Positions 42,222-53,534 of a stretch of DNA of 64,000 bases are shown here, one piece after another. The stretch is taken from assembly GCA_008369845.1 (NCBI GenBank), contig MRSU01010797.1, forward strand, positions 1 to 64,000. The letters are read 5' to 3'. Position numbers and translations under genes: made by a program. How positions within the stretch are numbered: position 1 is the first letter of the stretch; each line of letters begins with the position of its first letter. This DNA comes from Trichomonas gallinae (lineage: Eukaryota). The notes beneath the pieces are model-generated. The model did no database searches, had not been told where the DNA came from, and was given only the letters and a program-made list of their open reading frames with translations.

Positions 42222-43967
42222 TCATCCAAAATCAGTGACTATTTCTCTTTCCATTTCAAGACGCTTTTCTACATTATAAGTTCTCTTGAAATAGAAGTAA
42301 ACTGCAAAACCTGTGATAGCTAAAGCAACGACAATTCCAACACACAAGCAAATAATGAGGATATGATACCATTTCAGTTTGTCCACTGGCTCTGCTAAGA
42401 AGCATAACTTGTGATAAATATTATTATAGCTAATTGACTTGCATTGCTTGTCAAAGCAGCAATTATTAATATTAGCATCCTTATTCATGTTATTGCAGTT
42501 AACAAAACTGCTGTTTGAAATATTAAGTGAAAAAGATTTAAACGTTGTATCTGGTCTTATTAAACCAAATTGCGTGTATTCTTGTCCACATTTGCAGTTT
42601 TGAAAGATGCAAGAATTAATGATAATCTTGTAATATCCGATAATATTCTTAAGCGACTCAATATCACTGAACAATGTATATTCTATAGAAGCCAATGATA
42701 TATCGCTTCTCTGTTTGAACTCTCCAACGCCAAACAAGTTGTTAAAGTTTGCTGAAAAGTTGTTGCCAAATAATGATACTGTTTTATCTTTTCCTAGATT
42801 ATCAAAAGATACAATCATCTGATTCTTTAGAGCAGAGTTTTGCTCTCTAAAATAGCAGCCAGTAATTGTTGTATCGTTCAATGAAACAAATTCTGAGGTT
42901 GAAGAGATAAAACATGCAGATCCTCCATAGCATTTATACGCACAACACTTCAGGATGTTAACTTGCCCCAGAGATGGTTTGAATGATACACAAGCTGGTT
43001 TTTCATAAGACAAACAATTATAGAAATTAGTATTTTCTGTATTTAATCTAATATCTGATGGATACGATTTGATGCTGTCGACGTAAATTGCTGGGAAATT
43101 CGAATATATGTTCAAAAAGTTAAATGTGCAATCCAATATATTTATGTTTCCATAGAAGGCAAGGGAATTTATACTTTCAGAAAAAGATTCTTTTTGTATT
43201 GTTTTGTTTTCATCTAGAATTATTGGACAGCTGTCGTCTACTACTACAACATCAATTGGATTAGGAAGCTCTGCTGTTACAATCGTTCCAGTTATATATA
43301 TATCAGGGATATTTTTGTCGAAATAACAATCTGAAAAATTTTTTGCATAAAAAGTGTTTGCAATTATATCTATAAACGAGCAAAAGTGAGCATTTGTAAT
43401 TTTAATTTGTTCGACATCGAAATACCAGAATTGACAATTGCTAACATTCACCAAATTCACTTCTTCAGAATGTACTATAGAAAATATGCAATATTTATGC
43501 GCCTGATAAGAGTCAACATCACCAAATTTGAATATTCTGTCTCTATATGTCGTATGGTTGCAAAAATTGAAATTCGTGTTTGAATTCATGCAAATTTTGT
43601 TTGATTCAATTTCATTTGTGCTAGTCTGGTTGAAATAGGATATTTCTCTGGCTGATATATGTGTTACACCTTCTACGTCAGATCTACATACTGACATGCA
43701 GTTTCTATCCATCAAAAATTGTTTCAACGTGTAAACAAATGCGCAAGCTCCTTGGAATTCACTGGAAACGGCTATTGTATTAGATATTAAGCATTGGGTG
43801 AATCTACAGTAGGAAATAGTCATGTTTTCAAATTTTGGTGATGAAATCGAAATTGCGCCACCGTTTTGGTTCATGACTGATATTCCAATGAAGCTAACAT
43901 GATATGCAAACAACGTATTCGTGAGAGGAATGCATTGTTTACGTATGTTAGTATCTTTAATTTCCAT
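42222..43967 (-). CDS. Cys/Asn-rich beta-helix-like (Pmp-like) single-pass surface protein with C-terminal DFG tail
   Basis: GGAI and FxxC motifs, TM ILIICLCVGIVVALAITGFAVYFYF, cytosolic tail ending EREIVTDFG; no clear signal peptide. Confidence 0.78.
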   Translation of the reverse strand: MEIKDTNIRKQCIPLTNTLFAYHVSFIGISVMNQNGGAISISSPKFENMTISYCRFTQCLISNTIAVSSEFQGACAFVYTLKQFLMDRNCMSVCRSDVEGVTHISAREISYFNQTSTNEIESNKICMNSNTNFNFCNHTTYRDRIFKFGDVDSYQAHKYCIFSIVHSEEVNLVNVSNCQFWYFDVEQIKITNAHFCSFIDIIANTFYAKNFSDCYFDKNIPDIYITGTIVTAELPNPIDVVVVDDSCPIILDENKTIQKESFSESINSLAFYGNINILDCTFNFLNIYSNFPAIYVDSIKSYPSDIRLNTENTNFYNCLSYEKPACVSFKPSLGQVNILKCCAYKCYGGSACFISSTSEFVSLNDTTITGCYFREQNSALKNQMIVSFDNLGKDKTVSLFGNNFSANFNNLFGVGEFKQRSDISLASIEYTLFSDIESLKNIIGYYKIIINSCIFQNCKCGQEYTQFGLIRPDTTFKSFSLNISNSSFVNCNNMNKDANINNCCFDKQCKSISYNNIYHKLCFLAEPVDKLKWYHILIICLCVGIVVALAITGFAVYFYFKRTYNVEKRLEMEREIVTDFG

Positions 43968-44385
43968 AAAAAATTTAATTACTTTTCATTACCAACATTT
44001 TTATGATCTGATTTGTAGAAATTCAATTTTTCAAGGATGTGTTAAAATATTTATATGATAGATTATCATATTCATTAGAGTTTTGTATAATTTACATGAC
44101 AGATTATATTTATATTTGTCAAAATTTTAATACTGTGTTCCAAAAGTCAGATGTGGCCAAAAATTTGATAACTCTCATAGAATAATTCAATGAGTAGTAT
44201 TGAAAAATTGTCACTTTTTAGATCCGCCTTTTGAAATTCAGTTTATGAAGCACTTTTTGACCGCACACATTAATGAAACGTGAAATTATTATAGATGCTA
44301 GTTAGCCTCCAACAAACTGCATATATATATACTCAAATAATGTTCAATGCTAAAAAAAATCGCGTAATGGAAAGATATATTTGAT

Positions 44386-45489
44386 TTATTGATTGTTCTT
44401 TCTTGTGACAGTTTCGAAGAAGTCGATGGCGACTTGTTCGATGTAAGACATCTTTCCGTTCATTCCTGAGTTGAAAGAGACGTGGCCACCTTCTGGTGTG
44501 TGAAGGAATGCGACGTTGCTGGACTTGACGATGAGATCTGTTGGGCAGAACTGAGGAAGTGTGAATGGGTCATCATCAGCGTTGAAGATGATCAGTGGGA
44601 CTTTGACGTTTGCAATTTTTGTTTTGAGGTGGATCTTTTCGTAGTACTCGCGTGCATCCTTCAAACCGATCATCTGGGATGTGTAAGCATCATCAAACTC
44701 GATGATTGTCTTAGATTTGAGTGTTTTCTCGCGCATTTCCCCTGTGACGAGAGAATTTTTCGCGACAGCATGTTTAAGCTGGTGCATGATGATTGGGAGG
44801 TAGAGTTTCTTCTGTAATGGCTGTTCGAGGATCTTGCAGCACTTTTCTGTCTCGAGTGGATGAGAAACGCAAACGATCGCTTCGACATCTGTGAAATCGC
44901 AACCATATTGAACGGAAATGATGGAGCCGAGAGAGAATCCCATGAGATAGATGTGTGATGGATGGTGTTTAGCCTTGACATGTTCGATAATTGCATGAAG
45001 GTCTTCAGTTTCCAAGGCATTGTATAACTTCTGCGTTGTAATCCTTGATCCATTGCATCCGCGGCAGGAAGCGACAACGGCTCTCCATCCATATCTTGCA
45101 GCAGCGGCGCACATATAATTTGTGCACGGCTCGCGTGTTCCACCGCCCAAAGTATGTACAATTACGAGTGTTGGTGCATCTTCTGGGATACCAGCGTTCG
45201 CAAACCAGTCAATTGAGACAACACCGCCATCTTTGAATTCGATCTCTTCACGGTCAGGACGCATTGATGTTTTTCCACGGTATCTCATACCCCATATTGT
45301 CATTGCATTGCCTCCAATGAGCCACGGTGTCGGCTTGTATGGTTTCTTGAGCGATTTCATTTCTGTTACGTATTTGGCTACATTTCCATCTTTGTTCATT
45401 ACAATGGATACCTTGTAGCTTCTCGTGAGTCTCCAGATCGCGACTAATGCGATTGCGACAAGAAGGACAACAACAATTTTCAGGAACAT
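44386..45489 (-). CDS. Alpha/beta hydrolase, ABHD1-3/YheT family
   Basis: N-terminal TM, DGGVVSIDW, HTLGGG, RGC, nucleophile GFSLG, DDPF, GGHVSF catalytic triad. Confidence 0.93.
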   Translation of the reverse strand: MFLKIVVVLLVAIALVAIWRLTRSYKVSIVMNKDGNVAKYVTEMKSLKKPYKPTPWLIGGNAMTIWGMRYRGKTSMRPDREEIEFKDGGVVSIDWFANAGIPEDAPTLVIVHTLGGGTREPCTNYMCAAAARYGWRAVVASCRGCNGSRITTQKLYNALETEDLHAIIEHVKAKHHPSHIYLMGFSLGSIISVQYGCDFTDVEAIVCVSHPLETEKCCKILEQPLQKKLYLPIIMHQLKHAVAKNSLVTGEMREKTLKSKTIIEFDDAYTSQMIGLKDAREYYEKIHLKTKIANVKVPLIIFNADDDPFTLPQFCPTDLIVKSSNVAFLHTPEGGHVSFNSGMNGKMSYIEQVAIDFFETVTRKNNQ

Positions 45490-45670
45490 TTAAATTTTAC
45501 AAAAAAAAAATTTGCGATCATTTTCGCTTTGATAGGTTGTTCGGCCATGAGAAATAACAGCGAAATAGGTCTAAAAACCGCACAAAGATCCCATTGATTA
45601 TAACCATTTCCAAATATTGCAAATCTATTTTTACATTCTCTCAAAAAAATTTTACATCATCTGAAAGATA

Positions 45671-45818
45671 TCAAATTTTTGACTCTACAAGAACAAAAAT
45701 GTAAACTGTCAAACATATGACTTTACAATACAATAATGTAAACTGTCAAATTTATAACTTTACAAACACAATAAATTTTAACTGTCAAAAACTTTGACTT
45801 TACAAACACAATGTAAAA
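45671..45818. repeat. Imperfect tandem repeat, about 4 x 37-39 bp, upstream of the ABHD gene
   Basis: Unit approximately TCAAAnnTnTGACTTTACAAnnACAATAATGTAAACTG. Confidence 0.8.
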
Positions 45819-46042
45819 TTATAGAAAATTATCGTTGTATTCGAATTCTAATCATATATGAGAGATTATATAAATGATATAAATGTGATTGTTTACAATC
45901 CATTTGGCTTGATATTCTATTTATTTCAATGTTCATTTCATATTGATTTTTTTTCTTATTTTCTGATTGAGTAGATATTAGTATGAAAAATAGACAAGTA
46001 TATAAACTAGTATCTACATATTTATTAGTATTAGCGATTATA

Positions 46043-46777
46043 TTATTTTTTGAGGAATATTTCGTTAATCTGTTTAACTGTATCGGCAGGACCTTTAACA
46101 GTGTGCCCGATTACTCTTTTATCGTTATAAATCTCATAATCGTTTCCTCCTACGCTTGTCATATCGCCGAAGAAATGAATCTCATCATATTGGCCTTCAA
46201 CAAACTTCAAGCAGTATATTTTTGACCATCCAGTTGGAAAGACATCAAATGAAATTTGACCTCCTATTGAATACTGTAATTTCAATTCTGGAAAAGCTCT
46301 CTTTATATCTTCTACCATTTTTGCACGTATATGTTGAACCTTGTCCAGCTCGTAAAAGTCATTACGTTCTTGTTGTGTGCAATTGCGCCCTATTGGACAA
46401 ATATTAATCAGGCCTGTGCGAAGTTCAACAAATGTACCTGATTTCACTGGAATATCGAGATCAGCGATGTATCTAAGCACCCAATTCACGAATTTCTTGT
46501 ACTGTTCTGTAGAAAATACAGTACGAATTGATGTATTTCCAATTAATTCGTGTCCTTTGTAAGCAACAAGTCCATTTTCGGAGAACGAGTAGTCAACAAT
46601 GTCTAATACATCAAGTCCCAGCTGATCATATTGTTTTGGTAAGTCAGATCCTCCGACAACTCCAACTGTGCATACTTTTCTCAGCTCTTTAAGCATCTCA
46701 AGGATATCTGGAGGAGCTTTAAGACGTGATTGTGTTAGTGTACCATCGATATCGAAGAGCACTAAAGTCTTTTTCAT
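46043..46777 (-). CDS. PMM: Eukaryotic phosphomannomutase (HAD superfamily)
   Basis: FDIDGTLT, VGGSD, FSENGL, GTFVELRTGLINICPIGR, SIGGQISFDVFPTGWSK, FFGD...GGNDYEI. Confidence 0.97.
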   Translation of the reverse strand: MKKTLVLFDIDGTLTQSRLKAPPDILEMLKELRKVCTVGVVGGSDLPKQYDQLGLDVLDIVDYSFSENGLVAYKGHELIGNTSIRTVFSTEQYKKFVNWVLRYIADLDIPVKSGTFVELRTGLINICPIGRNCTQQERNDFYELDKVQHIRAKMVEDIKRAFPELKLQYSIGGQISFDVFPTGWSKIYCLKFVEGQYDEIHFFGDMTSVGGNDYEIYNDKRVIGHTVKGPADTVKQINEIFLKK

Positions 46778-47302
46778 TAAATTAAAATAAAATCTTGAGC
46801 GGGAAACATTTTCTTTTGAGCGGAATTAATAGTCATAAGGAGCACATTTAAAAATACCATTCTTGTTAGTTTGGTCGTGAAAAACCAAAATAATTGTAAT
46901 TTTGATATATAGACATGGTAATAATTAAGAATTCACTAAATATTTTTTTTTTGATTTTGAAGTCGCTCATGTAAACATTTCAATTTTAAAAAGTGACAAA
47001 TTAAAATTAGTCAATTTTAGGATGATTATTTTTGTAAACTTCAGGGTGCAAAAAGGGATGATTATTATTATTCAATAATTGTTTTTGATATGTTATTAAT
47101 AGTTATATAGAGTTCATATTATAGATATTTTGAAACTTATAAGCAAAAAACCGTGGAAATATTTTGATCATACAAAAGTGACTGCATAATTACACCCGGC
47201 GATTTAACAATCATATATAACATTATAAAATGGTAAAGTATTTAGCTTCTGTAAAGATAGATGGTAATTTTTATTATATTATTATGTATGTATTATTGTG
47301 TA

Positions 47303-48901
47303 TTAGTTTTGCTTAGCTCCATTTTCGAGTAATAACTCAACAATGTGATCATTACACTGCTCTCTGGCGTGCATAAGAGCAGTGTATCCTTTTGCATCTC
47401 TTGCTTCTAAATCAGCTTCTGCTAGAATTAAAAGTGCTGCAATATCATAATAGGAGTTTTTCGAGGCAAGAATTAATGGCGTCATGCCAAACTTATCTCG
47501 TGATTCAATGTCAGCACCTAGTTCAATGAGTTCTTCTGTCACATCTAGACTTCTATGTGCAGCTTGTAAAATCGCATTTCTGCCTAATTCGTTTTTATGA
47601 TCAATATTTGCACCATGCTTTACCAGCATGATGACAGCTTCAAGGCAATCATTCTCTGCAGCTAGAATAAGAGGTGTGTCTCCATTTGATAACTCTTCGT
47701 TAACATCAGAGCCCATTTGTATAAGTTTTTCTAAAATTTCACAATTATTTGCATTGGCCGCAATCATTAATGCGTTCATACCATACATATTTTTTGCATT
47801 ATAATTCGCACCAGCTTCCAATAGATAATTTGCAACTTCGTTGCATCCTTTTTCTATTGCATGCGCCAATGGAAATTGTTTGCATTTATCTTCTTTTTCA
47901 AGTGAAGCACCTAATTTTACAAGCATTTTACATACTTCAACGCAGTTCCTTTTCGCCGCGAGACTTAATGACGTGAGCCCATCTTCATCTTGATAATCTA
48001 TACACGCACCGAGATTAATTATGTCTTCAATTAAAGAAGGAATACCAAACCTGACTGATTCATTCAAGCAATCGCCATAGTTGTCATTATTCGTCAAATA
48101 ATAAAGAAAGAGCTTCAAATTTTGAAATTCAGAGATAGAATATAAAGGAAGCTGTAGATTATATTGATTGATGAAGAAAAATGCAAACTCAGCATCATTG
48201 AGTTTGACGCATTCTGTGATTGTGTCAATTGTTGGTGTAACATTTTGCAAACATTCATCAATGATTTCTTTCTTTCCTCCATCAATTGCATAATTCAGAC
48301 ATATTTCATTATTTCCATCAATTCCATTGCTTCTAAGGAATTTGAAACATTTCGATGCACCATAAAAACAGCAATTTTCGATCAAAGATTTTTCGAATAT
48401 ATTTGAATTTAGATCAAAACCTTGAGAATTATTAATATATTCTATCAATGACTTTATATCATCATGTATAATATATTTCATAACTGTATTTGATTCATAA
48501 GCGTTAATGATTTCATCAAAACTTGTAATTTCGTAATATTCTTCTAAAAATGATGGAATATGGTACATTTTCGCCTTAATATCGAATTTTTTGCAGAATA
48601 ATGCGTATGTTAAAGGTTCAACATTGAAGACTTCAGGCCTAATTTTGAAGTTAATGTAAATAATTTCAAAAAGTTCCCAAAATTCTTTGATTCTAGTAAT
48701 ATTGAGGTCTAAAGCTACAGAAATCATATGGTATACTGGCTGAATGTCTATACCATAATCAGCAACTGTTTTGATAAGAAATTCTGCAAGAGTTTTCTGT
48801 TCTCCTGGCTTCATGTGTAAAATACAATTATGAAGATCATCGTAATAACTGTATTTTTCCATTAATTCATTGAACATTGCATTTGTTTTTTGATCGTCCA
48901 T
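47303..48901 (-). CDS. DUF3447 plus ankyrin-repeat protein
   Basis: CCFYGASKCFKFLRSN and FGIPSLIE, then about 7 ankyrin repeats (GDTPLILAA, GMTPLILAS, GYTALMHA); first ATG at 48901. Confidence 0.93.
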   Translation of the reverse strand: MDDQKTNAMFNELMEKYSYYDDLHNCILHMKPGEQKTLAEFLIKTVADYGIDIQPVYHMISVALDLNITRIKEFWELFEIIYINFKIRPEVFNVEPLTYALFCKKFDIKAKMYHIPSFLEEYYEITSFDEIINAYESNTVMKYIIHDDIKSLIEYINNSQGFDLNSNIFEKSLIENCCFYGASKCFKFLRSNGIDGNNEICLNYAIDGGKKEIIDECLQNVTPTIDTITECVKLNDAEFAFFFINQYNLQLPLYSISEFQNLKLFLYYLTNNDNYGDCLNESVRFGIPSLIEDIINLGACIDYQDEDGLTSLSLAAKRNCVEVCKMLVKLGASLEKEDKCKQFPLAHAIEKGCNEVANYLLEAGANYNAKNMYGMNALMIAANANNCEILEKLIQMGSDVNEELSNGDTPLILAAENDCLEAVIMLVKHGANIDHKNELGRNAILQAAHRSLDVTEELIELGADIESRDKFGMTPLILASKNSYYDIAALLILAEADLEARDAKGYTALMHAREQCNDHIVELLLENGAKQN

Positions 48902-49509
48902 ACGAATTGCCACTTTTTAAAATTTTTTACATGTCAGATTCATAAAACTTCGATGAATTTAGATTTCGAGCGAGATCAACAGAAATTGATGCAACTTGTC
49001 TGCAAAAAAGCATTAGGTTATAATATGATGCTTTACCGCAGACAAGTGGCATTTGCTCTTACCAGTATCTAAAAAAAGATGAAATCTTCATTAAATATCA
49101 CTTTTTAAAAGTGAGCCCCCGCCCCTGTTTTAGTTCTATCACTTCACGTGTCAAATCTGACATGTAAATATGTTACTTTTCGTTCCGCATTTCGGTACAG
49201 GACACCTGAAATTCCGGTTTTCGTTAGTTATTAAAAAATGTAATATAGACATAGATAGTTTCACTTTTTACTATATAATTTAAGGTCATTCTTTTTCTCT
49301 CTTTTTCCGCAGTTTCCGAAGAATTTAGACAAAATTAACCTTATTTTATTTTTTATAATTTTCATTTTTTTCACTAAAATGTCAACGAATAATATCAACT
49401 TTTCTTATATAATATTATATATTATAATAAATTACATGCTATAACATAGCTAAAATCTCTATAAATATCAAATTTTAAAAATGATGAAAGTGATGATAAA
49501 AGTGACAAA

Positions 49510-52065
49510 ATGGATTTGAGTAATTATTGGAATTATTTTAGATTCTTTGAGCCAGCGACAGTCGACTTAAATATATTCGAGGACATCAAGTTTACTTGCA
49601 CTGGGTCTGGCCATGGCAATCTATGCATCGCGGACCACGAAGATTTTTATTTAAGAAATAAAAGCGGCGAAATAAAGCCATTCGCATTCAAAAACAACGA
49701 AATTATCAGAGTACTACTCGCACGAAATGATCCAACAATACTAGTTTTCTGCCAAGACGCAACAACATATTCGATTTATTATTTAAACACTGCAACATTC
49801 GATCAGCTCGGTTTAGTTACATTCCCTAAATCACAACACTTCAGTGTAAGCTCAATATGTGCATTACATGACAATTCTCGCATCGCATTTGTTTCAAATG
49901 AACAAAATCTCGTTATTTACTCAGCTCCATACAAAAATGACTCTGTTCCAGCAATCTACAGGTTTAATGACAACATCACAGCACTTCATTTCGGACTATA
50001 CATTGGAGATTCTCCGATTTTATACATTATAACCGAAAAAGAGATATTTTCGATTCTTTTCCCTAAAGGAGTATCACCAATACAAACAAAAATCGATACA
50101 AAGAGCACTAAAGGCGTTTCTACGATAAATGAGCAAGGAAATTTATTAGTTTCGCGTGGAAAGCAAATCTCGCGCTATCACCAACGTGGATTGGACTACA
50201 CATACGAAATAGACGATGAGCCACGTTTGATGTATTCTTTTCAAGATTATTTAGTTGTATGTTATAATAATATGGAACCTGGCTCAACATTGATTTATCA
50301 CCCACGCACGCATCTTATTTTCGGCAAGGCAGGCAGTGGTCAACAAATACAGCAAATTTACAACGTTTGGGGACTTTTAGTTTTAATTCATCGAAATTCG
50401 ACGTTTACGTTCTTAAAACCAACAGATATCGTCGACAAAATCAACCAGCTCATCCATAACATGCAATTCGAAGTCGCAGTTCAAATTGCTGAAGCAAAAA
50501 AGTTGCCAACCGAATTTGTCGCGAATATTCACTACATGCAAGGCCAGAACTACATGGAACGCAATTATTTCCAGAATGCTGTACAATGCTACATCAAAAC
50601 AATCAAAAGAATCGAGCCAACTTTTATTATTTCGCAATTTATCGAAACTTCGAGAACAGAGTATCTTATTCAATATCTAGAAGGCCTAACCAAAAACAAA
50701 GTTGCCACGAAGCAACACACGACTTTATTGTTTAATTGTTACACGAAATTGCGTAACAAAGAAAAACTTCAGCAAATTCTTCAAAAAGCTCTTGAAGGGG
50801 CTAAGGTTAACAGAGAGCCGCATTTCGACGTCGATGCAGCGATTTCTGTTTTAATTAAAAATAATTTCTTGAATGAAGCTCTTCAGCTTTCGCACGCCTT
50901 CCAATTGCACACTACATACCTCAAAATCCTAATGAAAAAGAAATATTGGAGCGAAATCATTTCATATTTTAGAGAAATTAATTTAGATGCATTAAACAAC
51001 ACTTTAAGAGAAATTGGTTCAGATATTATGGATATGCTACCGCCAAACTTCAGATCAGAACTGGTAGATATAATATTTCAAGCTTGCATAGTCAAAGATA
51101 AAAAATATCTAAAATTAAAATACGTTCAGAGGATCTTTACACATCACAGAGAGGATCTTTATTATATACTTAGATCAATTTTGCAGGCAATGCCTGAAAG
51201 AATGGAAAAATTTAATTGGAATATGTTAATTGAGCTCGCAATTGAAGATCCAGTTGATGATGACGACAATGTAGCACTTAATTATATCAATGATCCACGT
51301 GCTGTCTTCGACCTCGATCTTTTAATGATAACTGTTGCTGGATCACGAAATCAAGAAGCAAAAAAGCTTGTTTTAGAAAAGGCCGGACTCATAGATGCTC
51401 TTATCAAAGTTTCTTCCGTTGAAAAAATACTAGAATTATGTAATTTGTATTGCAAAACAGATATTTACATTTGGGAACGTTCACTGAAGGTTGTAGCATC
51501 AAGGAACAATGAAAGTGAGCTTAAAAAGTTCCTGAACGAATCTAAGAAGTTTTTGACGATGATGGAAATTTATAAATGCTTAAAAGGCAAAAATATCAAG
51601 TTCGGCACAGTCAAAAGCTTCCTCCATGAGCACTATAAAGCTATATACAGCAAAAATGACCAATTATCGAAAGATGTCGACGAAAAACTGAAAAATGTTC
51701 AAGAAAAACAAGAAATTGAAGAAAACAAGAGAACTGGCTTCTTTAACACTAAAACAGCCTACTGCGATAAGTGCCATGAGACCCTTGAGCTCCCAGTCCG
51801 ACATTTCCTTTGCGGTCATTCGTATCATATCGCATGTCTTGGAGAAGTCATCGAATACTGTCCAATTTGTCATGAAAAACATAAAAATGTTGTTTCAAAG
51901 CGAGTCAAGAACCTTTTGGAGACAGAATTAGTCTTGGGAAAGAATGAAGATCCGATGATGGACTTTGTCGACAATATTGCAACGGATGCAATGAATGTGA
52001 ATGCTGCTGAAGATTTGGCCGCTGTTAAACAGTTCCAATATGAACTTACACTTCACGAAATTTGA
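49510..52065 (+). CDS. VPS11: Vacuolar protein sorting 11 (HOPS/CORVET core)
   Basis: YIKTI...EPTFII, LIQYLEGL...HTTLLFNCYTKL, clathrin-like repeat, C-terminal RING CDKC...LELPVRHFLCGHSYHIAC...CPIC. Confidence 0.92.
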   Translation: MDLSNYWNYFRFFEPATVDLNIFEDIKFTCTGSGHGNLCIADHEDFYLRNKSGEIKPFAFKNNEIIRVLLARNDPTILVFCQDATTYSIYYLNTATFDQLGLVTFPKSQHFSVSSICALHDNSRIAFVSNEQNLVIYSAPYKNDSVPAIYRFNDNITALHFGLYIGDSPILYIITEKEIFSILFPKGVSPIQTKIDTKSTKGVSTINEQGNLLVSRGKQISRYHQRGLDYTYEIDDEPRLMYSFQDYLVVCYNNMEPGSTLIYHPRTHLIFGKAGSGQQIQQIYNVWGLLVLIHRNSTFTFLKPTDIVDKINQLIHNMQFEVAVQIAEAKKLPTEFVANIHYMQGQNYMERNYFQNAVQCYIKTIKRIEPTFIISQFIETSRTEYLIQYLEGLTKNKVATKQHTTLLFNCYTKLRNKEKLQQILQKALEGAKVNREPHFDVDAAISVLIKNNFLNEALQLSHAFQLHTTYLKILMKKKYWSEIISYFREINLDALNNTLREIGSDIMDMLPPNFRSELVDIIFQACIVKDKKYLKLKYVQRIFTHHREDLYYILRSILQAMPERMEKFNWNMLIELAIEDPVDDDDNVALNYINDPRAVFDLDLLMITVAGSRNQEAKKLVLEKAGLIDALIKVSSVEKILELCNLYCKTDIYIWERSLKVVASRNNESELKKFLNESKKFLTMMEIYKCLKGKNIKFGTVKSFLHEHYKAIYSKNDQLSKDVDEKLKNVQEKQEIEENKRTGFFNTKTAYCDKCHETLELPVRHFLCGHSYHIACLGEVIEYCPICHEKHKNVVSKRVKNLLETELVLGKNEDPMMDFVDNIATDAMNVNAAEDLAAVKQFQYELTLHEI

Positions 52066-52616
52066 TTCTTAAGATTATATATTTTGTTTGTTATTTATAT
52101 AAATATTTATCTTTTATAGTTACTTTAATGTATTTTGAAAATCTTAAAAGTGCTCAAATATGCATATGAAATTATTGGTGTTTATCAAAATTGCATTGTG
52201 AGCTTATATTATAATATGCATATGATGGAATTATAAATATATATACATGTAATTTTTGTTATCTCACCAACTCTTTGAAAGATTTTCCACTGTTTGAACA
52301 AATTATATTCATTCCTTGTGTATTCAGTGCATTATTATGTAAATATGCTATATTTTAATCGTCAATATTGAAATCTAAGACTGAATTGTTATTTCGTTTT
52401 ATGGATAACGAAAACTGATTCCATATATATGATTATACGCTAAAATTTTTAATGAGAACACACAACTCCCGAAAATAATTTTATTTTCAAAATCCTTAAA
52501 ATTATCGATTCTCTGTGATTGTATAGAATGAGCATGATGTATATAAGATAAATAAACATGTATAATATATTAACAGAAAGAAATAAAATCTAATTAATTA
52601 TATTATTAATTATTAA

Positions 52617-53534
52617 TTATTGTCGTTCTTTTCTTTGCCAAAGAACATGTTGTCGTTGCCTTTGTCTTCTGTCACTATTGAACGGGTATCCGCTGTTCAT
52701 ATCAAGTATAGTCGTCGACATTGAAAAAACTAATTCTATCTGTTCTGATACTCGATCTTCTTCAGATTCTTCAATGATATAAATTCCAATCAACAAAAGA
52801 ACGAAAAATAGTCCTGCAATTACGCCTGAGCCTGTTATTATTGATTGTTTCTTCGCCTTCTGTGCTGCAATCAATGCAAGGCTTATTGTTGCTGTAGGCC
52901 ATGGAAAGGGCGATGGTTCTGGTGTAGCTGTTGGATATGGCGATGTGTTTGGTGTCGTATAGAGCGTTGTTTCAGGTGTTTGTTATGGAGATTTTTGAGG
53001 TGTTCTCTTAGAAGATCTGTTTGGCAAGTTTGGCTTGGACTCTATATCTTTGGTAGGAATGTCATTAAACATTCCATCTCTTGGTGTCTTTATGTATACA
53101 ATTGTATTCTGTAGTTTTTTATTTATTTGAAATTTCGTTATTGCAGTCGCTTGATTTGTATATTCCGATGATATTACTTCATCATCTGGTCTTCTAGGCT
53201 TCGTGTATTCCATTATAACATCACTATGAAGTGGAACATCGAGTCTGTTGTTTTTGTATTGATTGTATTTGCTTCCACACACAGAAGCAGTCGCTGGATT
53301 TTGAGCTGTAAATGGATTGTAGACTTGATAGCCAATGGCATCCACCGATGTCTGGAAAAGAGCCAATGAAACATGATCATTGTATTTTCCGATAGTATGA
53401 TCTTCATTCACGAATCCCAAACGTGATCACAGTTGGAAATCCATGTAGAGAATTTTTTTGTATTAAATGATTAAACTATGCAGTTTTCGAACATAGTCAT
53501 GATAAAATTAGAGACTTAAAATTAGTCCGAGCAT
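52617..53534 (-). pseudogene. Disrupted Thr/Pro/Ser-stalk type I membrane protein
   Basis: ORFs 52983-53420 and 52617-52874 share a frame and are separated by one TAA inside a TPxxSP stalk. TM segment GSGVIAGLFFVLLLIGIYII. The signal-like start MLGLILSL at 53534 is followed by three more stops. Confidence 0.7.

Noticed and set aside
45671..45818. CRISPR-like periodicity of about 37 bp
   Set aside because: The units are degenerate tandem copies without unique spacers, there are no cas genes, and the context is eukaryotic.
46731..46739. ACTAACACA on the minus strand, part of the long-intron 3' motif
   Set aside because: It lacks the terminal CAG and encodes the conserved DGTLTQ motif of PMM in an uninterrupted ORF.
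17823..53534. Alternative genetic code (TAA/TAG reassigned) as the explanation for in-frame stops
   Set aside because: All conserved genes, including ORFs over 1500 codons, are free of internal stops and mostly end in TAA. The stops are confined to two genes that carry other lesions.
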